A stretch of 57,539 nucleotides of DNA, counting the filler, from Dirinaria sp. TL-2023a (taxonomy: Eukaryota): the NCBI GenBank assembly GCA_051941275.1. It is 3 parts of 3 records of this genome, joined end to end, with 100 filler letters (N's around TTAATTAATTAA, not from the genome) between each part and the next. Parts side by side here need not be neighbours in the genome. Positions count along the whole stretch, not along the records: positions 19,253 to 38,350 come from JAVEBF010000351.1; positions 38,451 to 57,539 come from JAVEBF010000352.1; 1 more part is not named here. One strand, given 5' to 3'. A model generated the notes under the pieces. That model was not told where the DNA came from, did not search any database, and saw nothing but the letters and a program-made list of their open reading frames with translations. A program made the position numbers and the translations under genes. Of the stretch, positions 26,901-39,467 are shown in pieces (positions within the stretch are counted from its first letter, which is position 1; each line of letters opens with the position of its first letter).

Positions 26901-29521
26901 AGATGCGTTCAAACCGAAGGCTGGGGACAGGACTCCAAATGGTGAAGGCAAATAAAGTCGCATGACATCCTCATGATGTAGTCGTTTGAGGAAATTCGTG
27001 TCGAAAGCGGAAACAGTGTTGGTCGATCACAGACCAACCGGTGAGAAATCATGGTGATAACGCGATGCCAATAAAGATGAGGTCCTTCACCATCCGAGAA
27101 CGCCGAAAGGCTGCACAGCGCATGTTCTTCCCTTGGTGGTGAGAGGCATCCCGCATCGACGCGTCGGACGTGCCTTTTCGGCGGCTTGCCCAGCCTACAT
27201 GTAAGGTTCAAAGTCAGCTGTGCGAGAAGGGAAGATCAGCAGAGGCAGTGGGATGATGGGGTCAAAGATCAAAGTCTTAGTTTTGGCAGCGCTTGACCGA
27301 TTCTGGCTAACATGAGAGTCAAAAGAAACCGAGGGGCAGTGGTGGGGTTGTTTGCCTCTTCGGCTGCCTAATGGAGAATGTGGAAAGCACGAAAACCTGG
27401 TACTGTACGGAGTACGAGTTGCTTGGTGCGTTCCCTCGGTTGGGGCTTGCTCGTCGCCTTGCTGTCGTTCGCTTTCACCATGTCCACTACGCTACGGAGT
27501 ACGAGTGAGTAAGTAGGTACCTGACTGCACATGGCTTGTGACGCCGTACTCGTCATCATCAGACAACATTGTAACGTATGTACTGACTAGGTACTGATGA
27601 CATCGTTTACGATTGAAAGCCAAAGCCTGTGTGTGCTGTGGCAAAGCTTTTAGACTAGACGATGATCCATCTGTATTCTATTATTGAGGTCCCTCGGTCG
27701 TCAGCTTTTTCGTAGGGTATCGAGGGTATGACATGCGCCACGGAAACTAAAAGCCAAGCGAGCAACAGGAGTCAAGGATGGATGGGAGGATGGCTCGATG
27801 TATCGGTAAAGTAAGATCTTTCTAGACTCTACCATAGACTCCAAGAACGAGCTCTTGCTCCTTTTAGCGTAATTATCGTCCCCGTAGTACCGATGCAGCA
27901 GCTACCTGGAGCACCTTCCTTCTGCATCATATGCACATCTTATTTGCATCATTGCGCAATGAGGCAAATACAGAGGCGCTTGCATGCCATTTACTCGTCT
28001 GGTGACCATCAATGATAAGTCAGCACCGCTGTCCAAGGTGCTTAAGATTTTTGGGGAGGAACAACAGGATCCGCGCCTCTCCTTTAGCAGACGTGCGCTT
28101 TGATAATTGATATGCCCTTTCCCAACCCGTCTAGATAGAGCCTACTGCGCTCAAGGCGACTAAGAAACGCAGACAGGCAAGGGTTCGCTTTCTGAGGACC
28201 AGTTGTCGATGTTGTTGCCTGTGCTAGCTTCGGACATGGTGGCTGGGGCCAGTTCACGATACGATCTGTAGTATCCTCCGACACGTGAATGAGACTGTCT
28301 TGCAGTTGACAACCAAGTCAGCTAGCCGGTGGCAAACTTCCCACATTGGCGAAATGTGCGATGGGAATGATAGACGTGGATCCATTGTCATGCTAGGGAA
28401 TCATCCAACATATGGTACAACATCAGCTGCGATCCGCGCCTCTCAGCGGTCGTTGTATCCATGGCCCATCAGAATCAATCCCGAAGTCACAGCATCTGTT
28501 TCACTTACTGTACTCCTTTCGGACCGTCTCGGGCATAGGACAACAACGTGGGCTGATGGCGTTCTTGGATTTGAGGCCGCTTCAAACTTCGTCTCACAAA
28601 GTCACGATACTGCGACCATCCTAGTAAATCACGTTATGAATTTGTGCTCATATGCCTGCACCGACAGTGGAGTTCATTTGTGGTAATTTGCTCTGCCTAT
28701 CATCGCCGCACCTTTATCTCAAGGTATTATTATTATCACCTTCGGAAACTTTCAGCAGCGAAGTCACAAGATCTGCCATACCTAACCCAACAGTATCTAA
28801 GAATCGGTTCTTAGCTGTTGGGGAACTTTGTAGCCTCGAATGAATATCAAGCATCAGTAAGTTCATCTTAGGTTACTTAACACAACAGCTAGTCTACGCG
28901 TCGATGGTTCCATATACGGCATTCTTATCTTAATATTTCACTATCTACTCCCTCGACTTGGGGACCTTATCACTCAAAATAGCTCCATGGCGCCTCTTCT
29001 CTCGAATATTAAGCCAAAACCAGCAAGCGCTCATCGAGCCTTTGCGGTTTGCCTTTGAGAAGTCAGCAATTAGAGCATTTGCGTACTTCCTGCGAGCCAT
29101 TTCTTGGACAAACGAATCAGACTTCGTCTCATAGAATTTGCGGTGGTCCGCTGCCCAACCACCGCTCACACGAGCATGTCGGATGCTCTCCACTGACGAT
29201 TGAATGGCCAATCTTCTGTTTCAGTCCTGATCCTGGAGAGAAGACTTGAGTCCTCGTTCTGTACCATTGATCAAGACTATATCCCGCCAAAATCTGGACT
29301 GAGATCACACATCCAGAAACAGATCATGCCCCAAGATCAATGTAGCACACACCCCTGAAGAACACACCTATTTTACAAGACTTTCCAGTAAGACGAACAC
29401 GACATTGGATCAAAGTCAGGTGACCGATATCGCACACGGCAAAGTTCGGCATACTTATCTAGAATGCCATCGGTCCCTTGGAAACTTGGGCTCGCAATTG
29501 GGAATTCTTGCGCGATGTAGA

Positions 29522-30503
29522 TTATCGTCGAAGGCTGTTTAATCTTGCTTGCAGATCATCGTCTTCATGTGACGCTCCGACCCCGCCGCCAGGACCGCCT
29601 CCTATCGCTTCGGCTACTCTACCATCAGGCACTGCACTTTTCTGTAAACCTGAGGGTGTCTCTCCCAGCTGTAGTATCGAGTCAGTAACCAATTTTCTAC
29701 CGATCGTACGGTGGGGAACTGTATCGTGAAGTGATAACCCACCGCTTGGCTTAAATCGACTCCTATCTCGTCAAGCACCTCTTTTACGACTTCTTCCCCT
29801 TCTTCCTCGTCTTCTAAGCCTGTAACATCATCTATAGCGTCATCCATCATTTCCTGCCTCTGATCCATGATATCGTTCTCCTTCTCAAATTCCATGGCTA
29901 TCCTTTGTAGAGCCGGAAGGTTCATTTGGCGATTCATGCTGCCCAGTAACGACGTAGCACCCTTCATAGACTGCATCATCTGTTCGTTCGACCGCACTGT
30001 CTGTATCCGGAGCGATATGGCTTGCAACTGTGTACGCATGGAGTAGAACTTTTGAATGTATCTGGTCGGAGCCTCGTCAGCCATACTGTACATCTCGATT
30101 CAAGGCCTTAAGCGGAAGATCCGAATTTGGTCCATCGTAGCAAGTTCTCATCGGTAGAAGGAGCGCGGACGTACCGTCGCGTCCTAACCAGATCCTTTGC
30201 CTGGATCTTACAAGCCCCCATCTGTCCATTTTTGGCACTCTTCTTAATATCTGCCACAAGCTTCTTCTCCTGGTTTTCGAGTTTCACCTGGAGACCTTGG
30301 ATATCAACTAGACTGCAATGTAGAAGACTAGAAGCTCCATACCCGTTCTCGATCTAGCTCACGCTGCGTCTTTTCAAGCGCCCTTTGATGTTTGCGCAGG
30401 CGCTCTTGAGGTGTCATTCGCTTGCCGAAGGCCCATTCTACAATCTGGGGGATGTTGTTAGCTTGGAGTCCATACTCTGGTGTTTAGTGGGGCTCACATT
30501 CAT
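29522..30503 (-). CDS. DID4: ESCRT-III subunit Vps2/Did4 (Snf7 family), multi-exon
   Basis: Spliced MNIVEWAFGKRMTPQERLRKHQRALEKTQRELDRER...IQAKDLVRTRRYIQKFYSM... ending in the MIM1-type DDDLQARLNSLRR*. Confidence 0.95.
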
Positions 30504-30872
30504 GACTGCACCAGGGGGGAAAGGGGAAGGATAGAACGGAGTAGTTGGCGGCAAATAAGACACTCTATTGATTTTTCAGGTGAAATTTTCCAGCGACGGA
30601 GAGTTGAGAAACCAAGAATATGCGAGTTGAATTTGCCTGAACATGTCGAAATGCTCGAGTACGTGTAGGTAGACTTAGGTTGATTGCCAAGATTGCACAG
30701 TATCAAAAGCGGAATGACGTCCCGGTCTCGCTACCGCCAAAAGGTGCGCTAAAACCTTTTGGGACAAGGGGGAAATGTTGAAGAATAAGAGCTCAGAGAA
30801 GTAAATATCCCAGACAGTCACCAATCCCTCGAAAACCCTTTAAATTCGCCTCACCTACGGAGTTCTGCTGCC

Positions 30873-33795
30873 ATGAGCAACGGCGATCGTGACAAAGATG
30901 GCTCAGCAAGTGGAAACTCTTCCTCGCGGCCCTCTTCGCGGTCACAAAACAATGCGTCAAACAGAGGTGTCCCAAGTCCTCATTATATGACCGTAGGATC
31001 TGGCTCGACCTCGGCAAGCGCTGCAGCACTTATGGCATCGCTCGATCGAGACTCAGGCTATGGAACAAGTATTGCCAGCAGCGACTGTAGCGGACAGATA
31101 CCGATTCCTTCGTGGCACCCCCACGCCACAGAAGACAACCCTATACCAACACACATACCAACGCTGCCTGGCGAATATAATCCAGCAGCAGAGAATGCGA
31201 GGGCAGTCTACGCGAGCCATATCCACCAACTGGCGTTCAATCAACATCGTGTCACTCTAGGACGTGCGATCACAAGGACAGTGGAAACGCTCGTAGACTT
31301 TAAGGTTGAGAACGCGAAGTGGCCAGCGCAATATCCACCAGTCCAGGCAAGAGAATCTCTATCAGCAAGATCAGACCCAAGACCTGGCATCGTCCATACG
31401 CAATCCACCGCTTCAGGCGACTTCCACCATCCTACAGACGCTGCAGTGTTGCGACCAGGTCCGCGGCGCGCTGGTACATCGCTTGGTGAACGAACCACGG
31501 GGGAACCAAGTGCTGCAGCTCAGAAAAGTTCACAGGAGACAGCAAGACTGATTACACCTCAAGCCGCACAAGAATTCTCGATACTGAAATTAGATCTGCG
31601 CGTTCAGGGCCTGACTCAGGCTGAGATAGCCCATTCGACGGATAGAAAAACAATTGCTTCCTTGCTAGATGGCATGATTAATCAGAGCATAAGACATCTC
31701 CAATTACTCAAAACCCGCATTGAGGATACTTCAAGCAAAGTGCTAGTTACTGGAGATCTCAATGCTGGAAAATCAACATTTTGCAATGCCTTGCTTCGGC
31801 GGAAGGTGCTTCCTGAAGATCAGCAGCCGTGCACAAGTATATTTTGCGAAGTTCTAGATGCACGGGAGAATGGTGGCATCGAAGAAGCGCATGCTGTCCA
31901 TAAGGACGCACTGTACAACCGAAATGATGAAAGCACATACGATGTTTACCCTCTTCATGAGTTGGAAAAGGTCGTTACAGATAACAAAGACTACACCCAA
32001 TGTAAAGTCTACGTCAAGGACAGCCGCTCGATCAACGAGTCTTTGCTCAATAACGGTATCGTCGACATATCCATTATTGACGCCCCTGGGCTAAACTCAG
32101 ATTCATTAAAGACAACAGCAGTCTTTGCTCGGCAGGAAGAAATCGATGTCGTCGTATTTGTTGTCAATGCGGCGAATCATTTTACATTATCGGCGAAAGA
32201 ATTCTTATGGAACGCTGCCATGGAGAAGGCGTATCTATTTATCGTGGTTAATGGCTTTGATACCATCAGGGACAAGGAGCGATGTGAACGCATGATTCTC
32301 GAACAGATTGCTACATTGAGTCCTAGAACATTCAAAGAGTCTTCGGAATTGGTCCACTTCGTCTCGAGTAATGCTATACCAGTAGCACCAGCCATTGGCC
32401 CCGGTTCACCTGGCCGAAACGGCGGTAGCAGCGGAGGCGGAGCCAATGGTAGCAGCTCAGACCCAGACAAAGATCCCTCAAATGACGAAGATGGCCCGAT
32501 TGGCAAGCACGGTGAGCCCGGCTCACCGCCCAGGAAAGATAAAGGAAAGGACAAAGAGAAATTGCAAGATTTTGAGCATTTAGAAGGCGCTCTGCGGCGC
32601 TTCGTGCTTGAGAAGCGCGCGCGCTCGAAGCTGGCACCAGCAAGGACTTATCTCTTGAATATCCTAACCGATCTTAATGTGCTAGCAACATTCAATCAAG
32701 ACATCGCTCAGTCTGAACTAGACCGCGTGAGTGCCGAACTTGATGAGCTTGAGCCTGTATACGAACAATCCAAGAAGGCACGTTCCGAAGTCAGCGATGG
32801 TATCGACAAGACAATAGAGGAGACCTGCGGCGATATATACTCCCATACGCGCTGCACACTAAACACCGCCATTGCTCGCGTGGCTGAAGCCGATCTTGGT
32901 GTGCCTTATTCAGGCCTTTTCAATGCGTTCGACTATGCGGACAGAATCAAAGCCGCGATGCTGGACCAGATATCAGCCGCTGTCATGGGCTGCGAAGAAG
33001 AGGCGCGTTCAAGGGCAGTAGCAGGGGTAAACACGATCAAATCACTAGGGATCCTCCATCTCGGCAATGCATATACGGATCTCAGCTTTCGGTCAGACAT
33101 TCTGTTCCGAAGGAAGAGAGACGCATTAGCGAGGCAAGTCGATACCGAGGTCGAAATTTGGGATTTCTTCGATATTGGGGGCCTTTGGGAGCGCCAGGAA
33201 AAGGTTGCAGGTACCAGTATGGTTCTTACTGTGGCTGGTGTGCTAGGTGGACGTATGATGGGCGGTGTGGGTTGGATTGACGGCGCTCTGGGTGCGGCGA
33301 AAATTATGGGCTCGCAAAATTTACGAAAGCTCATTGTCCCGGGTATAATAGCTACCGGTGCGTATCTACCCGGATCTCATTGCCCCTTACTCGCCCAAAC
33401 ACCTCTAATCGACAGGCGCAGTGCTCCTCGCTTCCGCTTACGCTCTTCATTCAATCCCCAATGTTCTCCCTTCCCGTCTTGCTTCTCGGCTCCGTAGTAC
33501 CCTTGAGGAGATCGACTACACCCATACAAACAGTCTGCGCATATCCTCTGAAGTAAGAAAAGTTTTCAAGATCCCTGCCGAGGAGCTACGAGATGGACTC
33601 CAGGAGAATTTCGTGCAACTAAGCGAACGGCGAGCAGAGACGTTAAAGGTCAAAGGTGAGAGCGAAGTTGCAAGACGCTACTTTGGAAATCTCCTTAGGG
33701 AGAGTGCAGAAGGAAAGAGGAGCGTTGAGGACATTGATCTAGAAGGCGGACCGGGCGTTCTAGGCGGTTACGGTGAAGAGGAGATCCTGGTATGA
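30873..33795 (+). CDS. FZO1: Mitofusin, transmembrane GTPase Fzo1, 2 exons
   Basis: Dynamin-like G domain VTGDLNAGKSTFCNALL, EDQQPCT, IDAPGLN. Hydrophobic segments near the C-terminus. Intron at about 33358-33421. Confidence 0.93.
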
Positions 33796-34514
33796 TGATC
33801 GTATTCTTCCGGCTAAGGGGCGCAGTTGGGGTAATCATTGGGACGAGAAATTGCGGGATTGAAAAGCTTGCCATACGCAGGTGCGTGCTGGGTGTCCTTC
33901 CGATTATTCGACTCGCTGCCACGAGACGCAAATTAAGTGCTAAACACACGCTGCGCACCTTATCAACAGTATATTCCAAAAAGAATTTGTCTGACTGTGC
34001 TCGGGATGTATGGCCAGCCACCTCCCACGAACCCTACTTCACCCCCTAATGATTCTGACACACCGTGGCATCAGGTGCTATAAACGATACGTAACCAGCT
34101 CTACCTCCACTGGCTTGACCAATAGTGTAGGCTCCAGGATCGCTATGAGGCAGTACCTTAGGAATAGGAGCACGTGGTCTGGAAAAAAAAACCCTTAGTT
34201 GAGTTGAACGAGGTCCAGATTGAACGTCTGATTCCCTGCCAGTCAGGTGTGAGTAGAGACTATGTATAGTAAGTAAACCAGATCGATGATCCGAATCAAA
34301 CATCTTGATCCCGGGTTGGACTTGCCGATCAGAAGCAATCTGGAGACATGCAATTCGAAGGACTTTAGAGATAGGTACCTACGAGTACTGCCTCACTGCA
34401 TACCTGTACTTTTATCTTACCTTACCTTACGGTACTGGCATAATCGTACCTTCGGTAAACCCTAAAGTCAAGTACATACTTTGAAAGCTTCCCACATCCC
34501 TTCACACCCTTCCG

Positions 34515-37500
34515 ATGCTAGCCGTACCTTTCCCTCCCAACATGTCTGCATCCAGCCATCCTGCGCATTCTGCTTCACCAAATCACTACTTTGGTCCCTC
34601 GACCACAGCAGCTGGAACTCACAAACCTAGCGAGTCCACTATCCCATCCGGCTCCACCCACAAGCGCACATATCAGGCTTGTGTAAGTTCCCATATCCCA
34701 CTCGAGCACCACCACCCTGTCTTCCCCTCTTGGCGCCTCGACATGTCTTGATTTGAATCTCGATACATATTGGTTCAGCTGTGGCACTACTGAGCCCTAG
34801 AATCTGTCTTCTCCTGAGTAATGCATACACGGCTAGCTAATACACTAGTTCAAGATACCATGCCGGCGCAGAAAAGTCCGATGTGACCTGGGTCCTGTGG
34901 ATAATCCACACGAGCCTCCTTGTGTTCGTTGCAGGAGGGAAAGTAAAGAATGCTACTTCTCAGCTACAAGGCGGAAACGGAGGGGCGGGGCTGATGATGA
35001 TGGGGAAGAAACGACCCCAGATGTATACGAGATCTATAACCGCAGGAGGAAAACGTCTCACGTACAAGATGCCACGAATAGTAATATCATAAGAGATTTC
35101 CATGGCCGAAGCCCAACCTCGGCCGTAGCTCGGTCACCATCGCCAAGTTCGCCAGAGCAGGGTGCTCGAGAGAACAGCCAGCAGGCAGAATTGTATCCTG
35201 ATAGCAGTACTCCTGCCTATGTGAACACACCTGGAGATCAAGAAGTCACAAACGAGACAGCTGCTGTGCTTTTCCAAAGCCCTATCAATCAGCCGGCGGA
35301 CGCGCTACACTTGCTTCTCGAAGCATCCGGTCGCACAGGAGACCTGCAACGACATGCATCTGCCCGCCAAGGAGACGTCAAACGGAACGTGCCAGCAAGA
35401 CTTGAGCCCGACAATAGGTCGAGGTCTCGAAGAGGTGTACAGCATCAAAGTTCCGCAATGCAAATAGATCCTGCAATTACGGGTACTTCTAATACTGACT
35501 CTGGTTCGGCACAGCTTAACGAGACTCTCAAGATCTGGGCCCGCTTGCGCTTCGTTCGTGCAGGCTGGCTCACTGCGAAGGAAGCAGCGTGTTACATCGA
35601 CTAGTAAGTAAAGACCAGTAGGATACTAGGTCATTCACTGATAGGAGGGATTTCGAAAGCTTCTATGACTACATTGCGCCTCTAACCCCAGTCAGTCCGC
35701 CAGATTTGCGCTCGTTGCTCACGCACAAGGACCTGCTCAGTGAGGAGCCAATGCTCACTGTTACAATATTGTACGTCACCGCACCCTCGCTGGGAACCGA
35801 CGCATATCAGTGGTCATGATCTTCCAATTGGATCCATTCGATGGATTGATCATGGGGAAGACCTACTCATAGCTCAACAGCGTACTGAAGTTCGTGCTGG
35901 TAATGCTGACAACGCCCGTAGAACCATCTCGTCCCGATATAAATCACTCTCCGGTCCTGGAGGCAAATCTCGATCGTACAGGATCCATGATCGCCTGTGG
36001 GAATACTTGCAACGCATGATAAGCCGCATGTTCTTCTCCCAAGAGCAATTTGGCGGAGGCCTTTACGGTGCTGGCTCCAAAGTAGGCGAACAGGGTAGGC
36101 TTCGCACATTAGGGACCATCGAAAGGTACTAAGCCACTTTTGAAGCACCTGCTCGCTTAACTTAAATTGACCATGTTGTCTTAAGTCTATTACTTCTGAG
36201 TGACTTCCATCCTCGGACGATGCACTTCCCATCTGGCGACGATAGCGATGAGATCCTGATGCCTGCGAATGAGGGCACCAACGATAACTTGAACTCGGAC
36301 AGTGAGGCCCAGAAAGGCTTTACGGCCGGACAAGCTTCATTCATGAATTGGACTGAGCCAGCGCTTCGCTCGGATAGGATGTGCTGGTCATTGGTCGGTG
36401 CTGGTCATACTCTGGCGCATGAGTTGGGATTATTCGGTGGGTTTGCGTACGCAGCCCAAGCCATGTCAGCAAGAGCAAATCGGCTCAAGCGTCTCCTCTA
36501 TGTTTATATCAGTCAAACCAGCGGTCGACTTGGGTTGGCCAGTATGTTTCCAAGTGTGCCTGGCGAAAGTGATTTTGCCTATCTGGAAAGAACGTTGTTC
36601 TATGAGAAGCCCCAAGATCTCCAAGATGAAGACACCGTCGTGTCTTGTTGGGTTGATATAGCGTCCATCATGAGGGTCTCTAATTTGAGATTGTTTCCTA
36701 CTAAGAGCGAGACTATGGGCTTAATTCGCAGTGGAGAGTATCTCGAGCTCCTCGCGCAGTTTCAGCCCGTGCTGCATTCTTGGTGGACGAAATTTGAGAA
36801 ACTGAATGTACCGAAATATCCGAGGATCATACTCACGATTGAATATGAGTATGCAAGGGTTTATATCAACTCCCTCCCGCTTCAGGCGGTGCTTGACCAG
36901 TGGACGAGTAATAACTCGCCAGGCCATACTCAGCAGCTGTCCAACTTGTACCGGAGGAACGAACACTATGTTAGGGAAGTCGTGAATTCTGCGAGGAATC
37001 TCCTAAGGCAAATAGTTGAAGGCCTGCTACCGGACCAGTACCTCAAGCACGTCCCAGTACGAACGTTCTTCAGAATTCTCTCAGGGGCTATGTTTCTTCT
37101 CAAGGTTCGTACCTCGATTCCTCCCTTCCTCCCACCCAATAAAACGCACTGTATTGATCACATGGACTTCTAGTCGTTCGCCCTCGGTGCCAAAGAGAAC
37201 GACGTTAAGACGTCGTTGAACCTACTTGACCGAACGATCAAAGCTCTGCGTACTAGCGTAGTGGATGATGTCCACTTATCTCTCCAAATCGCAGATCTTC
37301 TCGAAGGCCTGACGACGAGCGTTCGACACAAGTTTGTGAGACTCGCCGGACGCTCGGCGGAAAGCGCTGCGCAGCAGCAAGTCTCCACCCCAACTTCCCA
37401 ATCTCTGCCCTCGCCCTATCCGGCTTTCCATCAGAGACCGGAAACGATGATTATGCGTCACGACTCGAAAACACCGATCAGCGACTCCCCATCTCTGCGA

Positions 37501-37863
37501 AACATCAGCTTCATGCCGCCGCCCAACAATACCTACAACGTAGTCAACGACAGCTACGCCTTCAGCCCCGCCGCCGCCGCCCAGCTCTCGCCCGTACAAC
37601 CGCAGCAACAGCCTCATCTCTATCCGAACAATAACAACAATAGTAACACGTCGACCTTCTCAGGCCCGACAGACGATTGGTTGACCCTCGATCTGAACCC
37701 GCTCTTGGACCCCACAAGCTCCTTTGGCGGGCTGGAAAACCCGTGGTTCATAGGCAACTTCGGCCCGGAGATCAATAGCAACCTTGATGTGTTGGGACCA
37801 TTGGTGAATGAACAGTTCCGCGGCGAAGGGTTCGAAGAGGGTGGTGCTGACTTGGGTTTCTAG
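34515..37863 (+). CDS. Zn(II)2Cys6 transcription factor, Aro80-like, multi-exon
   Basis: Spliced [41 protein letters not shown]. Middle region with [18 protein letters not shown] and VVDDVHLS motifs. Confidence 0.85.
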
Positions 37864-38350
37864 AGAGAGAGATGTAGAGAGATTCGTAGTTGCTTCACAG
37901 CAAGTTTTATAGGCGACATTATATCTAGTTTTTTTTTTTGGGGAGGAGGGGGGGGGAAGCATGTACTCAGCTACAAACAGCTACCTTACGATCTTGCTTA
38001 CTTACTTTCTTTCTGGTTCTATCTCTACTAGCTAGACCTCATATCCATCCCGTTTCCGTACGAATAAATAACAGGTGTTGGCATAATTAGAACCGTCCGT
38101 CCCTCCTATATCTATCCCCGCGCCGGCGCAGGTAGGGGGAAAAAAAGCCATACTTCATACATGCTATACCTCCCCTCTCCCCGTCCCTGCTCAAAAAATA
38201 ATTTTTGATATAACTCTTCGTTCCGATCCGAGAAATATCCCATCCCGTCGGTCTTAGCTGTATATATATACATATATACATATAGTGAACACATGAGTTT
38301 TCCGGTTTCAAAGGTGGTGTGGAGAAAGCTTATCGTAGGGTAGAGTAGGG

Positions 38351-38450
38351 NNNNNNNNNNNNNNNNNNNNNNNNNNNNNNNNNNNNNNNNNNNNTTAATT
38401 AATTAANNNNNNNNNNNNNNNNNNNNNNNNNNNNNNNNNNNNNNNNNNNN
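38351..38450. other. Assembly gap spacer (44 N + TTAATTAATTAA + 44 N)
   Basis: Same 100-nt artificial linker as at 19153. Confidence 0.97.
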
Positions 38451-38451
38451 C

Positions 38452-39147
38452 CTACCAAAGAATGAGCGCCTTAGTCCAGCTGATGTTGTCCTACCGCTGA
38501 CCTCCATCGCTGATCAGTATACGCTTGTGATCGCTTTGGCGGCTCTGTACTCAAACTCCTCCTTAGCACTCACTTCAGTCAGTGGGCATACAGTAGAGTA
38601 TTCTGCTGCATTCCGAGGCATCGCGCCAACGGTAATTGTTGCAACGCCTCCGACTATGCTCGAAGTTTGGGAGGAGAAAACAAAGGTGCCAAAGGGTATG
38701 CTCGAGAAAATCGATCATTGGAATAGATCTCGCGTCCTAGCTGCTGGGAGTATGCCAAAAGCGCCTGTTGCAAGACGCTCGCCACGACTCATATTCGTTC
38801 CTGAACGTTCTAGCCAGACTTCTTTAACGAGCGAGCAGCTTTTCGATCTCAGGATATCGACTGGAGCACACATTGCCCACGCTTTCACTGACCGCAGAGT
38901 TGCTGGCGCGATTAGTCAGGTTAACATATTCGATTATCGTAGGTCTATTGACGGTCGATCGCATCTTGGGCCACCCATGAGCTGCCTTGAAGTGAAGCTG
39001 GTTGATAGCTCTTCTCACAAGATTACAGATGGTAGTGATTCAGCAGGATTGTTGGTTGTCGAAGGGCCTGCAGTGGTGGATGATCGAATTGTTGTGGGGC
39101 AGCCCATGACATTTACCGAAAGCAATACTTTATCGTATGCTACATAG
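38452..39147 (+). CDS. 3' part of an AMP-dependent synthetase/ligase-like protein; 5' end lost in the gap
   Basis: The frame is open from the gap edge (LPKNERLSPADVVLP...ALAALYSNSSLAL...DLRISTGAHI..AFT..RVAGAISQ...HLGPPMSCLEVKL...GLLVVEGPAV), resembling degenerate acyl-CoA synthetase-like fungal proteins. Confidence 0.65.
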   Translation, partial: LPKNERLSPADVVLPLTSIADQYTLVIALAALYSNSSLALTSVSGHTVEYSAAFRGIAPTVIVATPPTMLEVWEEKTKVPKGMLEKIDHWNRSRVLAAGSMPKAPVARRSPRLIFVPERSSQTSLTSEQLFDLRISTGAHIAHAFTDRRVAGAISQVNIFDYRRSIDGRSHLGPPMSCLEVKLVDSSSHKITDGSDSAGLLVVEGPAVVDDRIVVGQPMTFTESNTLSYAT

Positions 39148-39467
39148 CTTCCAACAGCTCACGAAAGATACGATACAGAATGAAAGCGTTGATGATTGTA
39201 TCTCACCCTGTTAGATGAGAGGGCACAATAAAAGTATGTTCGTTTCGCTGTCTGCATCAGAGTGACTCTTTTAAAACGTCTCCGGCTCCAGGAAACAAAC
39301 ACTTGGAGGATCTATCATGATGCACACAATTTTAAGAGTTGTAAGCTTGAACATGCATGTGATCTTTACTTTAGCTATGAGCCATAGTGTCATTGTAAGT
39401 TAACTCAAATGTTGTGATGGGTGTCACCTAACAACACTAACACAAAGCCAACATAATCCACTCGCCC

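Noticed and set aside
34681..34854. Possible stwintron in Aro80-like intron 1 (GTGTAAGT...CCTAG/AATC)
   Set aside because: The nested splice path would destroy the first zinc-cluster Cys codon and shift the frame.
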